Of a stretch of 64,000 nt of DNA, positions 38,500-48,923 are shown piece after piece. The stretch comes from Salinispira sp. GTDB taxonomy: Bacteria > Spirochaetota > Spirochaetia > DSM-27196 > Salinispiraceae. Position numbers and translations under genes: made by a program. Under the pieces are notes generated by a model. The model was not told where the DNA came from, did not search any database, and was given only the letters and a program-made list of their open reading frames with translations. The stretch lies in contig OZ271918.1 of NCBI GenBank assembly GCA_965602015.1, positions 2,208,001 through 2,272,000 on the forward strand. The letters are read 5' to 3'. How positions within the stretch are numbered: position 1 is the first letter of the stretch; each line of letters opens with the position of its first letter.

Positions 38500-38968
38500 C
38501 AGCACTGCCCGGCGACTCGTCTGCGTTCTCGCGCTTTTTATTCTGGCCGCCTCATTTGCTGCAGCCCAGAGCAATCCGGAAACGGGCTCCCAGCGATTTG
38601 CCCTTACCCCGTACGCCGGGCTCTACGCCACTGTGTTCACCACCGAGCCGTCGCTGGTAGATGGTCTCGGCCTGGCCGCCGGAGTCAAGGCGGATTACAG
38701 GATCTGGAAAAGCCTGCGCCTGGGCGCCGGGCTTGGTGTAGCGGCGATGCTCGACCAGGCCGAGGTCAGGCCCCTTGCTCTGTATTCGCTCCTCGTGGGC
38801 CTGGAACTGGGAACAGACACGGTGATAGGTCTGGAGCTCGGATTTTTGCCGGGGCTGTCGCTCAGCCTCGGCACCCATCACTTCGGTCTGTCGCTTTTGC
38901 CAATCTACATGACAAGCGGCGGCAGTACGGCGCTTATTATCAGCTACGGGTACCGGTTCTTTTTGTAG
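38492..38968 (+). CDS. Hypothetical exported protein, possible small outer-membrane beta-barrel
   Basis: Signal peptide, alternating hydrophobic strands, C-terminal SYGYRFFL; overlaps the flotillin stop. Confidence 0.6.
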   Translation: MINSTARRLVCVLALFILAASFAAAQSNPETGSQRFALTPYAGLYATVFTTEPSLVDGLGLAAGVKADYRIWKSLRLGAGLGVAAMLDQAEVRPLALYSLLVGLELGTDTVIGLELGFLPGLSLSLGTHHFGLSLLPIYMTSGGSTALIISYGYRFFL

Positions 38969-39022
38969 GAACCGACCCGGGTTTCTGCAGACAGACGCCG
39001 CCGACGGGCGTATAGTAAAGGG

Positions 39023-39223
39023 ATGGACAAAGGCGCAGTTCGCGAAACCTACGACCATCTCGCTCCTCAGCTGATTCCCTGGCTCATGGATTCCGATCCA
39101 TGGGTCAGGTACAATTGCCGGCGGCATCTGCTCGAAGCTGATCCCCAGATTGATGACATAATTCGGGATGTCTCTTCCTATACCGACGGTGCTTTGTTTA
39201 CGATGGAGCAGCTAATCAGATGA
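39023..39223 (+). pseudogene. Probable N-terminal remnant of a squalene-cyclase-like alpha-barrel protein
   Basis: IPWLMDSDPWVRYNCRRHLL resembles the WLLxxDPxxRY start of such proteins but ends after 66 aa. Confidence 0.4.
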
Positions 39224-40470
39224 AAAATTCCAAAAGCATCCAGGGGGTATACCTGAGCCTCACCCTGTTTTCAACCCTGGCAACCTCGTTTATTTGGGGG
39301 ATAAATACTCTGTTCCTCCTGGATGCCGGTTTATCAAACGCCGAGGCCTTCGCGGCTAATGCGTTTTTTACCCTGGGAATGGTCATTTTCGAAATCCCCA
39401 CGGGCGTTGTGGCAGACCTCTGGGGACGCAAGGCCTCGTTTCTCCTGGGAACCATAATTCTGCTCTTATCGACTGTTCTCTATTTGTTTATGTGGCAGAT
39501 TCAGGCCGGCCTATGGGGCTGGGCTCTCAGCTCGGCGATCCTCGGGCTGGGGTTTACATTTTTCTCCGGAGCCACCGAAGCCTGGCTGGTCGACGCCCTG
39601 GCATTCACGGGTTTTGCGGGAAATCTTGAAGACGTGTTCGCCCGGGGGCAGATTGTCAACGGCAGCGCCATGCTCGTCGGATCCGTTGCCGGAGGCTACA
39701 TAGCACAGCTAACACACATCGGCGTCCCCTACATTATGAGAGCCGGAACCCTCGGCATTACCTTCATCATCGCCCTGTTTTTTATGAAGGATCTGGGTTT
39801 TACTCCCGAAAAAGGCGTGCGGCCTTTGGTCAAGATGCGTCGAATTCTATCGGCGTCCCTCGATGGGGGAATAAGGAACCGGCCCGTGCGCTGGGTTATG
39901 CTTATGGGTCCGTTCACCATGGGCGTGGGCATGTTTGCGTTCTACGCCATGCAGCCCTATTTGCTTGAACTGTACGGCCGTGGTCAGGCGTACGGAATAG
40001 CCGGTCTGGCAGCTGCGATAATCGCCGGTTCGCAAATCGCCGGCGGGTTCCTTTCCAGCCTGATCCGCCGCGTGTTCTCGCGCAGGACGACGGCGATTAT
40101 TGCCATCACAATAATAAGCAGCATTTCTCTCATCGTCATCGGACTGGCGGGTAATTTCTGGGCCGCCCTGGGAATGCTCGTTGTCTGGGCCATGTGCGCC
40201 GCCGCCATACGTCCGGTGCGCCAAACCTACCTCAACGGACTAATTTCCTCCGCCGAGCGGGCGACGGTGCTGTCTTTCGATTCTCTTATTTCATCGACCG
40301 GGGGCGTGGTCAGCCAGCCCGTCCTGGGACGGGTGGCGGATCTATACGGGTATTCGGCCTCCTATGTGGTCACCGGTCTGATTCAAATTCTCGCATTGCC
40401 CTTCGGGATCCTGGCCCGTCGGGAAAATCCCTCCTCGGACCGCATTAGCCGAAGCCCTCGAAGCACATAG
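39220..40470 (+). CDS. MFS transporter
   Basis: About 12 TM; FEIPTGVVADLWGRK motif A. Confidence 0.92.
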   Translation: MKNSKSIQGVYLSLTLFSTLATSFIWGINTLFLLDAGLSNAEAFAANAFFTLGMVIFEIPTGVVADLWGRKASFLLGTIILLLSTVLYLFMWQIQAGLWGWALSSAILGLGFTFFSGATEAWLVDALAFTGFAGNLEDVFARGQIVNGSAMLVGSVAGGYIAQLTHIGVPYIMRAGTLGITFIIALFFMKDLGFTPEKGVRPLVKMRRILSASLDGGIRNRPVRWVMLMGPFTMGVGMFAFYAMQPYLLELYGRGQAYGIAGLAAAIIAGSQIAGGFLSSLIRRVFSRRTTAIIAITIISSISLIVIGLAGNFWAALGMLVVWAMCAAAIRPVRQTYLNGLISSAERATVLSFDSLISSTGGVVSQPVLGRVADLYGYSASYVVTGLIQILALPFGILARRENPSSDRISRSPRST

Positions 40471-40544
40471 GTCCCTGCCGTCGCGGCTGACCGCCGGCCG
40501 GCGGCTTCCTGTCCCGCGGTAAAAAAAAGACGTATACTGTTAGA

Positions 40545-42851
40545 GTGAAAACCCTTGAAAAAACCCTTACGAAACTTGCGGAAGGCGCTTCATATTTCGA
40601 AACCTCCGACGAACAGGACGGCTACCTGGAAGAGGTAATCGCGAGCATCATGGCAGAAGCCGAGGCAGATATGGTGGCGGTTTTTCTCCATGAAGACGAA
40701 ACCAACGACCTGGTGTTCAGGGCAGGCATTGATTCTTCGGGCATTTGGGACCAGGAGGAACTGCACAAGCGAAAGGAGCCCCCCCGGATTTCCCCGGTGA
40801 ATAATGAGCTGGGCGACGCATTTGTGAAAAACCGGGTAGTCAGGGTTTCCTACGGTGCAGAAGACCGGGACCACCCCTTCAAGTCCAAGCTTATAATACC
40901 CATCGCGAAGGGACCGCTTCAGATCGGCATAGTAATTATCGCCTTCGTCGAGCCATTCGCCCACGACAACCTGGATGAGAATAACCTGCTCAGCCTTGCT
41001 TCCGAGCTTGGAGAAACTATTGAAGACGCCTCGGTTTTTATCGAACATCCCGAGCACCTGCGCATTTCAGATGACAGCGATCTGGTAATCAAGGGGCGCA
41101 AGGCATCTGACGGCATGGTTGAAGGCCTCTCCCTCCCCTTTTGGGACGACCTGGAAAGCATCGCCAAGAAAATCCCCCGGAGCAAAAGTAAAAAAGCGGA
41201 ACTTCAGCGTTTCGACAGGGCGTTGAAGGAATCGATCGATCAGCTCGAGGCGCTGCAGGGTTCACAGATGCTTCAAGTGTCCGAGATGGGTTCGATGATT
41301 TTTATGGCCCACAGCCTGATGCTCAAGGACGACGGCTTTACCGGCCGCATGCGGAAGAAAATCGAAGGGGGCGATTCTGCGGTTAAGGCAATTCTCACCC
41401 TTGTCGACAGCTACGCCGCCCGCTTTGCGGCCATTTCGGAAGTACGCATCGCAGAAAAGGCTCAGGACGTTCGCGACCTGGGGTACCGTCTCATCCGCAA
41501 TCTCGATGCCTCCCTGGCCAACGATTTCTCGTATGACGGCAGGATAGCCCTAGCGCGTCACATCTATCCGTCGGACCTCCTGCGGCTGTCGGTTCAGGGG
41601 ATTTCGGGAATTGTTCTGCTCGGCGCCGGGGTGACTGCGCATATCTCAATCCTCGCCAAGTCCCTGAATGTACCGGTACTGATAACCGACGACAAAGCCC
41701 TTCTAAAAATTAAGGAAGGCACGCCGGTTTTTCTCAATGCGACCAAAGCTGAACTGCTGATCAACCCCTCCAAGGAGCGGCTGAGGGCCATACAGGACGT
41801 TGCCCGTCTGGAAGCCCAAATGCCGCTGAAGTACACCCTTCGGGGGCACACCGCCGATAACCAGAGCGTTCAGGTAATGGCCAACGTCAATATTCTCAAA
41901 GATGCCGAGGAAGCCCGCAGGCAGGGCGCAGAGGGAATCGGGCTTTACCGTTCTGAGTTTCCCTTCATCCTTAAAAATGACTTCCTCACCGAAGAACAGC
42001 AGTACCAGATCTATCGGTCCATCGCCCGGTATCAGCCCGACAAGCCGGTAATATTCCGAACCGCGGACATCGGCGGCGACAAAATCATGCAGGGCCGCGG
42101 CAAGGCCGAGGAAAATCCTTTCCTCGGCGTGCGGGGAATCCGCTTCTCCCTCGCCAACCGGGAAATGTTCGGCGATCAGCTCAGGGCAATGCTCCGGGCG
42201 GGTCACGGGGTGGACTTGGGCATTATGCTGCCCATGGTATCGAGCGTCGAAGAAGTGCTGGAAGCGAAGGAGGAAATCGCCGAAGCCATACGCCAGCTTC
42301 AGGCCCGCGGCGCCGAGCACAACTCGTCTCCGAAAATCGGAGCCATGGTTGAACTGCCCTCAGCCGCCCTGGCGGTGGACGAGCTTGCGGCGGAAACCGA
42401 TTTTTTGTCCATCGGAACCAACGACCTCACCATGTACCTGTTGGCGGTTGACCGGACCAATGAAAATCTCAGCCACTTGTACCGAAGCCATCACCCGTCA
42501 GTGCTGGGTATTTTGCGGGATATCGCCTCGGGCTCGGCGCGTTACCCGACGGATATTTCCGTCTGCGGCGACGTAGCCCAGGACCCCTACCTGATTCCCT
42601 TCTTTGTTGGAATCGGCATAAGGAAGTTAAGCGTCCCTCCCGCATCGGTGGAAAAGGTAAAGCGGCGGCTCAAGTCCTTCACCCTTGAAAAGGCCCGGGC
42701 AATTGCAGATGAAATGCTTGCCATAAAACGTATTGCCGACATGGAAACATACCTATCGCAGTTCGATGAGCGTCACAATCTGGTCAGCCACTCCGACGGG
42801 GAGTCCCGGCTGTTTGGCCGGCTGGCCGGGAGTATAAGCCCGGCTGATTAG
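40545..42851 (+). CDS. ptsP: PEP-protein phosphotransferase (enzyme I) with N-terminal GAF-like domain
   Basis: GVTAHISILAKS phospho-His, GIGLYRSEF, EENPFLGVRGIR, SIGTNDL; ~170 aa N-terminal GAF-like region. Confidence 0.9.
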   Translation: MKTLEKTLTKLAEGASYFETSDEQDGYLEEVIASIMAEAEADMVAVFLHEDETNDLVFRAGIDSSGIWDQEELHKRKEPPRISPVNNELGDAFVKNRVVRVSYGAEDRDHPFKSKLIIPIAKGPLQIGIVIIAFVEPFAHDNLDENNLLSLASELGETIEDASVFIEHPEHLRISDDSDLVIKGRKASDGMVEGLSLPFWDDLESIAKKIPRSKSKKAELQRFDRALKESIDQLEALQGSQMLQVSEMGSMIFMAHSLMLKDDGFTGRMRKKIEGGDSAVKAILTLVDSYAARFAAISEVRIAEKAQDVRDLGYRLIRNLDASLANDFSYDGRIALARHIYPSDLLRLSVQGISGIVLLGAGVTAHISILAKSLNVPVLITDDKALLKIKEGTPVFLNATKAELLINPSKERLRAIQDVARLEAQMPLKYTLRGHTADNQSVQVMANVNILKDAEEARRQGAEGIGLYRSEFPFILKNDFLTEEQQYQIYRSIARYQPDKPVIFRTADIGGDKIMQGRGKAEENPFLGVRGIRFSLANREMFGDQLRAMLRAGHGVDLGIMLPMVSSVEEVLEAKEEIAEAIRQLQARGAEHNSSPKIGAMVELPSAALAVDELAAETDFLSIGTNDLTMYLLAVDRTNENLSHLYRSHHPSVLGILRDIASGSARYPTDISVCGDVAQDPYLIPFFVGIGIRKLSVPPASVEKVKRRLKSFTLEKARAIADEMLAIKRIADMETYLSQFDERHNLVSHSDGESRLFGRLAGSISPAD

Positions 42852-42859
42852 GAGGGGAA

Positions 42860-43915
42860 ATGAACTATCTTCGAGCACGTTTTTTTGCTGCCCTTGCGAG
42901 TCTGTTCCTTCTTGTTATCGTCTCATGCTCAGCAGGTGATGAAGAAGCAACTGCTCCTCGCGAAGAGAGCCCTGAGACAGTAATTGTTGGTCTCGCCCTG
43001 GGCGACAGGGGAATAGGCGATCTTGGCTTTAACGATATGCAGTATAACGGACTGGTGGAGATTTCCCGGCGCTACCCGGTGGAAATAAGCTACGGAATTC
43101 CCGACAGCTGGCAGGGGGCCGCGGTCCAATCGGTCCTGGAGGATCTGGTCAGTCAAGGTGCGAATCCGATATTCACCGGAGCCAACGCCATAGGCGACTC
43201 GATTCGCGAGTTCGCCCTGTCTCACCCCGATATCACATTCATCGTGCTCGATTTTGATCAGCCTTTGGCGGGCAATGTAATCAGCGTTCAGTTCGTGCAG
43301 GAAGAGGCGGCCTTCCTCGCCGGTTACCTGGCTTCGAGAATGACCGACCGAGGAGCCATTGGTTTCATCGGCGGGGTAGACATTCCACCGGTAGAGTTGT
43401 TCGAGTCCGGCTTTATCAACGGCGTTCTATTCGGGGATTCCACCGTGGAAATCCGAAGAGAATATCTGAGTCTCCAGCCTGACTTTTCAGGCTTCGATTC
43501 TCCGAGGGAGGCTCGCGACCTGGCAGTCGAGTGGCTATCAAACGGGGGAGTAGATATTATTTTTGCGGCAGCCGGCGGCTCGGGTTTGGGTATTATCGAG
43601 GCCATTAGGGCGGGCACCCAAGGCTATTTTATAGGAGTGGACGCCGATCAGGATTATCTCGCGGAAGGGAAAATCCTGACATCGGTCATGAAGCGCCTGG
43701 ATCAGGCGATGATTTTCCTGATGGGAGAACACATCGAGGGCAGGCTCGAAGGAGGCCGTGTACTAAAGCTCGGATTGGCGGAGGGAGGAGTCAGCCTCAG
43801 CGACTTCACATTCACCAGGCAGCTTATTGGCGAGAGCCTCATCACGGAAATCCGGGAGCTTGAAGGCCGGATTATCGACGGTGAAATCAATGTATTGGAA
43901 AGGCCGGCTAAATGA
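42860..43915 (+). CDS. BMP/PnrA family substrate-binding lipoprotein
   Basis: Lipobox IVSC; GDLGFND, AFLAGYLA, FAAAGGSGLG, IGVDADQ, LTSVMKR. Confidence 0.92.
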   Translation: MNYLRARFFAALASLFLLVIVSCSAGDEEATAPREESPETVIVGLALGDRGIGDLGFNDMQYNGLVEISRRYPVEISYGIPDSWQGAAVQSVLEDLVSQGANPIFTGANAIGDSIREFALSHPDITFIVLDFDQPLAGNVISVQFVQEEAAFLAGYLASRMTDRGAIGFIGGVDIPPVELFESGFINGVLFGDSTVEIRREYLSLQPDFSGFDSPREARDLAVEWLSNGGVDIIFAAAGGSGLGIIEAIRAGTQGYFIGVDADQDYLAEGKILTSVMKRLDQAMIFLMGEHIEGRLEGGRVLKLGLAEGGVSLSDFTFTRQLIGESLITEIRELEGRIIDGEINVLERPAK

Positions 43916-45444
43916 GAATATCATTTCCCGCTCAATGGAACCTGGCGCGAAAAACAACGGCAGCGGTGGCCGGTATTTTTCTGGTTTTCTTTCTCGGTTC
44001 AGCCCTGGCACTGGTAGGAATAATAAGCGATGCTCTCGAGCGGCAATCCCGATCGAACGCCGAGCTCATCACCGAAGCCATTGCGGGTATCTCGGCTTTC
44101 CATATTTTTAATTACTCCTACTATAGTCTCGATGAGGTCACGAGGAATCTCCTGGTCAGGCAAAATGGGGAGCAGTTCATCCTCGGCGTCCTGGTTTACG
44201 ACAACGAGGGCAATGTGCTTAACCCCAGCGGTTTAGATTTCCGAAAGGAATTGGCCGGAATGGATAAAAACGATTTCATGGTGAGTTCCGGCACGGCGGT
44301 GTACACCCAAGGCATCCTTCGGGAAACCGTAGGGAGTGTGGAGATTTATTTTTCTCGAATTCCTCTGCGGTCGCAGATTCTGAGAATTGAAATCCTCCTG
44401 GGAATTTTCGCTTTGGCAGCCAGCGCTTTGCTCCTCACCTTGACGAGTCTTTTTACCAGACGAGCCATACTCGATCCCCTCAATCAGTTGAGAGCGGCCA
44501 GCGCATCGGTTACCCGGGGGAATTTTACGGTGATGCTTGATGTCGAACGCCGAGATGAACTGGGAGATTTGGCCAGAGACATCGTCGATATGGCGAGGAC
44601 ATTGGAGAAGCAGATTTCCCAGATTCAGGAAACAAACACCGGACTAGAAGAAAAAGTCCGCCTGCGGACAAGCGAATTGGTACGGGCCGAGCGAATGGCC
44701 GCGGTTACGAATCTGGTATTCGGGATGGCCCATGAAATCAATACTCCCGTAGGAAATATACTTCTCGCTGCCAGCCTTCAGCGGGACCGGATTTCCGATG
44801 TGCGCAGCCGTCTTGAAAAAGCAGGTGGAAACGACGCTTCACAGATCATCAACTCGCATCTGGATGGACTGGAATCGTCGCTCTCCATCATTCTCGACAG
44901 CACTGACAGGGCGGCCAAACTCATCGGCAGTCTCCGGTCGTTCCGCGGTCTCAATATTACCGAAGAACGGGTCGAGTTTAACATTACTGAACACAGCGAG
45001 GTGATGATCAGGGCTCTTCTCAGTGATTTCGACGCCGAGGCGGTCACCATAAATATTAGTGCTGAGGATACTATCAGCATCAGGGGCTATCCGGGGTTTT
45101 ACACCCAACTGTTCTCGGTTCTGATCTCAAATGCCCTTACCCACAGCGGATTGCCCCCGGATAAAATCAGCATCTCGGTCAGCTTATCCACATCACGCAA
45201 GCTGCTTCATATCGGGTTTTCAAACAATGGACTGCTTATTGAGGAATCGATAATTGAGCATATTTACGAACCATTTTTTACCACCGAAAGAGGCAGAGGC
45301 CACACGGGCTTGGGTCTGTATATCCTGTACAACATTATCGTCAACGATCTCAAGGGAACCATCCGGCATGAAAATATATCAGGCGGCGTACAGTGTCTGA
45401 TAGAAATCCCTGACGTCGCACCTGCGGAAGGCGTTAGGCAATAA
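43912..45444 (+). CDS. HAMP-domain sensor histidine kinase
   Basis: Two TM, HAMP (RRDELGDL), H-box MAHEINTPVG, LISNALTH, YEPFFTT, GLGL. Confidence 0.92.
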   Translation: MRISFPAQWNLARKTTAAVAGIFLVFFLGSALALVGIISDALERQSRSNAELITEAIAGISAFHIFNYSYYSLDEVTRNLLVRQNGEQFILGVLVYDNEGNVLNPSGLDFRKELAGMDKNDFMVSSGTAVYTQGILRETVGSVEIYFSRIPLRSQILRIEILLGIFALAASALLLTLTSLFTRRAILDPLNQLRAASASVTRGNFTVMLDVERRDELGDLARDIVDMARTLEKQISQIQETNTGLEEKVRLRTSELVRAERMAAVTNLVFGMAHEINTPVGNILLAASLQRDRISDVRSRLEKAGGNDASQIINSHLDGLESSLSIILDSTDRAAKLIGSLRSFRGLNITEERVEFNITEHSEVMIRALLSDFDAEAVTINISAEDTISIRGYPGFYTQLFSVLISNALTHSGLPPDKISISVSLSTSRKLLHIGFSNNGLLIEESIIEHIYEPFFTTERGRGHTGLGLYILYNIIVNDLKGTIRHENISGGVQCLIEIPDVAPAEGVRQ

Positions 45445-46255
45445 GCTCGCACAACTCCCGGTAGCGCCGTTGGGCGAATCCTTCGCCGCTTCGCCAGAAA
45501 GAGAATTTTCCCAGCCGGCGATGGGACTTCCCGACGAGTATTTCGCCTGCATCATCAATATTGGTTTGGAGTGCCTCCCAGGCTTCGCGGAACCGGGAAT
45601 CGCCGCGGGCCTTGGGAAAATGGGCGAGTACGTACAGGTAGTAAAAAAGGTTGTAACGCAAAAAAGGATACTCAACAGTAAAAAACTGGCTGCCAATGCC
45701 CCAATGACAAGGTCCAGTGGGCATTCGAACCTCCCAGTGTTCTAAAAGGCTTTTGACAGCCCTGTCGGCTACGGCAAAACCCATGCGGTACTCGGGAAAA
45801 AAACGCAGCACATCGAGGGCGTACAAGCTTGCGCCGGGATTGGCGAATGCGGTCTCCGGACCGCTTCCAAACTTCGTAAAATTACAGCGCAAACCGCCGC
45901 TTTTATGCTCTCTTTGAATGAGATAGGCAACCGCGGTTTTCACCGCGGCTTCGTTCTGCATGCCAAAACGACAGAGCATACGCAAAACTTCCGCGGAGTA
46001 ACAGGGGTAGTCCGGGGTCCTGGGCCCGGTAACTACCCTCCCGTCATCGCGGATCGTTTGTAGAAGCAGCTCGAGCGCTCCGGAAACTGCTTCGTGCTCC
46101 CGGGGAATAACGAGTTCATGAAGCATTCCCAGGACCGCCACAGTGCTGAAGGGATTGCCGACATAGACCTTCCCCTCGGGACCTGCCCAAAAATCCGCAC
46201 CATTTTTATGACGCAGATCGAGAAGTAAAGAAAAATCATGATCGGCGGTGTTCAC
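45434..46255 (-). CDS. Prenyltransferase/squalene-oxidase-repeat-like alpha-barrel protein
   Basis: GADFWA..GNPFST, PCYSA, GPCHWGIGS.F..EYPFLRYNLFYYLYVL; probable GTG start 46255 after GGAGG. Confidence 0.65.
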   Translation of the reverse strand: MNTADHDFSLLLDLRHKNGADFWAGPEGKVYVGNPFSTVAVLGMLHELVIPREHEAVSGALELLLQTIRDDGRVVTGPRTPDYPCYSAEVLRMLCRFGMQNEAAVKTAVAYLIQREHKSGGLRCNFTKFGSGPETAFANPGASLYALDVLRFFPEYRMGFAVADRAVKSLLEHWEVRMPTGPCHWGIGSQFFTVEYPFLRYNLFYYLYVLAHFPKARGDSRFREAWEALQTNIDDAGEILVGKSHRRLGKFSFWRSGEGFAQRRYRELCELIA

Positions 46256-46288
46256 AAACCCCTCCTGCACCGGGAAACAGCGCTATTC

Positions 46289-46912
46289 CTAGTCGGCGGC
46301 CTTCAAAAAAAGATAGGCGAAGGCACTTTTCTTAAATGCAACTCCAACTCCCTTGGCACGCACCTCCAGCGGATCAATATCGCTTCCGTCCTTTTTTACA
46401 AGATACTCGTCGAAATCTTCATCGCGGATTCGAAATCGGGAATCATTGCGGAGAATTATGCCGATCGGCCTGTAGCTCGGATCGGCAATGGCGAGACTTG
46501 CATCGCCGTGACTGTTATTGGCAACCAGCAATCCGCCGTCCCGAAGGTATGCTCTACAGACCTGGGATATGGATCCGGCGTAGAATGAAAACATGGCGTC
46601 ATAGTACGACCTGTAGGACTGGTCAATGACTCTGTAATCTTCTTGGGACCAGCGGAGTTGTACCGGCGCGGAATACTGCTTTTGATCATCGATGTACGCA
46701 TGGGTATCGATACTCGTGAAAAAGCGCTTCATTCGGCGGTCGCTGTCCACATAGGCGGTCTCGGGAATATAGAAAGCGGGAGTAATGTGCACGAAGCTTC
46801 CGGGGTAGATGGCGGACTTAATACCGTATCGCTCGGCCAGCATACTGAACAGCTCCCGCCGCTCGTCGCCCTTGTCGATAAAATAGCGCTCATACAGCTC
46901 TGGTGCATTCAT
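46289..46912 (-). CDS. Class I SAM-methyltransferase-like hypothetical protein
   Basis: IYPGSFVHITP, YVDSD, YDAMFSFYAG, LRDGGLLVANNSHGDA; start ATG 46912. Confidence 0.6.
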   Translation of the reverse strand: MNAPELYERYFIDKGDERRELFSMLAERYGIKSAIYPGSFVHITPAFYIPETAYVDSDRRMKRFFTSIDTHAYIDDQKQYSAPVQLRWSQEDYRVIDQSYRSYYDAMFSFYAGSISQVCRAYLRDGGLLVANNSHGDASLAIADPSYRPIGIILRNDSRFRIRDEDFDEYLVKKDGSDIDPLEVRAKGVGVAFKKSAFAYLFLKAAD

Positions 46913-46998
46913 ATTGCCTCGAAGTTTATTGTATTTATCATTTATTGTATGTTTCAGCGGAGAAATCCACAAGACAGATACAATCATCCTGCGAACAC

Positions 46999-47026
46999 AA
47001 AAAACCCCGGCCGCCAGGCCGGGGTT
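46999..47026 (-). terminator. Intrinsic terminator of alaS
   Basis: AACCCCGGCC-TGGC-GGCCGGGGTTTTTT on the minus strand. Confidence 0.85.
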
Positions 47027-47069
47027 CGGATTCTGTTTATGAGGTAATGAGTGAAGGTCGCCGCGAGGC

Positions 47070-48860
47070 TTAGCGCTCCAGAACTGCCTTGATGCGCCGA
47101 ACTCCCTGGGAGCTGGACTGTTCTTTTTTGATGCTAAACTTTCCGAGCTGAGCGGTGTGCTCGACGTGGGGGCCGCCGCAGACTTCTTTTGAGAAATCGC
47201 CGATTGAGTACACCTTCACCACCTCCTCGTACTTGTCGCCGAACAGGGCGATGGCGCCGGAATCCCGGGCTTCCGCCAGGGTCATGGTGGTATGGCTAAC
47301 CTTGTGGTCCTTCTGAATTGCCTGATTGACAATATCTTCGACCTTTTTAATCTGCTCGGCAGTCATTTTTTCAGGATGGGAAAAGTCGAAACGCAGGCGC
47401 TCCGGGGTGATGTTTGAGCCTTTCTGAGCGACGTGGTCTCCCAGCACCATTCGCAGAGCCTGATGAAGGAGGTGGGTTGCGGTGTGAAGCGCGGTTGTAG
47501 CTTCGCCGTGATCCGCCAGGCCGCCTTTGAAGCTGCTGTTGGTATCCATCTTAGACATTTCCTGATGTTTGCGGAAGGCCTCGTCGAACCCGTCCTTGTC
47601 TACCGTCAGTCCGTGATCATCGGCCAGCTCCTGAGTCAGTTCCACCGGAAAGCCGTAGGTGTCGTACAGTTTAAATGCCAGCCGCCCGGGAATTATCTTT
47701 TTCGCGCCTTTGAGCAGGTTGGGGAGCATTTTTTCAAACTCGTGCTCACCCTTTTGCAGGGTGATGAGGAACTTTTCTTCCTCCATCAGCAATTCTTTCT
47801 GAATTCCCTCCCGTCGGTCTTCCAGCTCGGGGTAGAACTCCCGGTAGACCCGGATCACCACCGAGGAAAGTTCAGACAGGAAGGCCTTCTCCATACCGAG
47901 CTTTCGCCCGTGAAGCAGGGCCCGGCGGATGAGCCGCCGCAAGATGTAACCCTGTCCAAGATTGGAGGGAGAAACCGCCGCATCGTCTCCGAGTATAAAG
48001 GTGGCGGTGCGCACATGATCGGTAATGATCCTCACCGAACGGTCCACATCGGACTCGCTGTGACCGTAGCTCAGCCCGCTGAGCTCCTCGATTTTCGCGA
48101 TTATGGGAGTGAACAACTCGGTCTGATATACGCTCTGCTTCCCCTGCAGTACGGCTATAGTCCTCTCAACGCCCATGCCCGTGTCGACGCATTTGCGTTC
48201 CATGGGCTCGAAGCTTCCGTCTTCGTTTTTCCGGTACTGCATGAACACATCGTTCCAGATTTCAAGCCATTTTCCATCGCTCACACCGGGCCGGCTGTTT
48301 TCATCGCCGGGGATACCGGTGTCTATGAACATTTCAGTGTCCGGGCCGCAGGGTCCGGTTTGCCCGGGAGGCCCCCACCAGTTATCACTTTTGGGAAGAT
48401 AGAAAATCCGGTCTTCAGGCACCCCGAGTTTCTTCCATAGTGTTGCGCTTTCTTCGTCCCGGGGAGCATCATCATCTCCCTGAAAAACCGTAACCGCGAG
48501 TTTCGAGGGATCGAGCCCCAGGTATTTCTTGCTGGTGAGAAACTCCCAGCTCATACTGATGGCTTCTTCTTTGAAGTAATCCCCAAGGCTCCAGTTGCCG
48601 AGCATTTCAAAGAATGTAAGGTGGGATGAATCACCGACCTCGTCGATGTCGCCGGTGCGGATGCATTTCTGAATATCTGTCAGCCGACTGCCGGCAGGAT
48701 GCTCCTCTCCCAGGATGTACGGCACCAGGGGATGCATGCCGGCGGTGGTAAAGAGGACGGTGGGGTCGTTCTCCGGAACGAGGCTCTTCCCGGATATTTC
48801 CGCGTGATTGTGGTCTTTAAAAAACTGAATATACTTTTGTCTGAGTTCTTTAGCAGTCAT
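47070..48860 (-). CDS. alaS: Alanine--tRNA ligase (short form without C-Ala domain)
   Basis: LFTTAGM, HLTFFEMLGNWS, DTGMGVER, HTATHLLH, CGGPH. Confidence 0.97.
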   Translation of the reverse strand: MTAKELRQKYIQFFKDHNHAEISGKSLVPENDPTVLFTTAGMHPLVPYILGEEHPAGSRLTDIQKCIRTGDIDEVGDSSHLTFFEMLGNWSLGDYFKEEAISMSWEFLTSKKYLGLDPSKLAVTVFQGDDDAPRDEESATLWKKLGVPEDRIFYLPKSDNWWGPPGQTGPCGPDTEMFIDTGIPGDENSRPGVSDGKWLEIWNDVFMQYRKNEDGSFEPMERKCVDTGMGVERTIAVLQGKQSVYQTELFTPIIAKIEELSGLSYGHSESDVDRSVRIITDHVRTATFILGDDAAVSPSNLGQGYILRRLIRRALLHGRKLGMEKAFLSELSSVVIRVYREFYPELEDRREGIQKELLMEEEKFLITLQKGEHEFEKMLPNLLKGAKKIIPGRLAFKLYDTYGFPVELTQELADDHGLTVDKDGFDEAFRKHQEMSKMDTNSSFKGGLADHGEATTALHTATHLLHQALRMVLGDHVAQKGSNITPERLRFDFSHPEKMTAEQIKKVEDIVNQAIQKDHKVSHTTMTLAEARDSGAIALFGDKYEEVVKVYSIGDFSKEVCGGPHVEHTAQLGKFSIKKEQSSSQGVRRIKAVLER

Positions 48861-48923
48861 AGGCGCCTATTATAATGAGATGATATTTTGTTGTACAGCA
48901 TAGCCGGGGCCAGGGTACAGGTA

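Noticed and set aside
47070..48860. Short AlaS as a truncation or pseudogene
   Set aside because: Catalytic and editing motifs are intact; forms lacking C-Ala are known in spirochaetes
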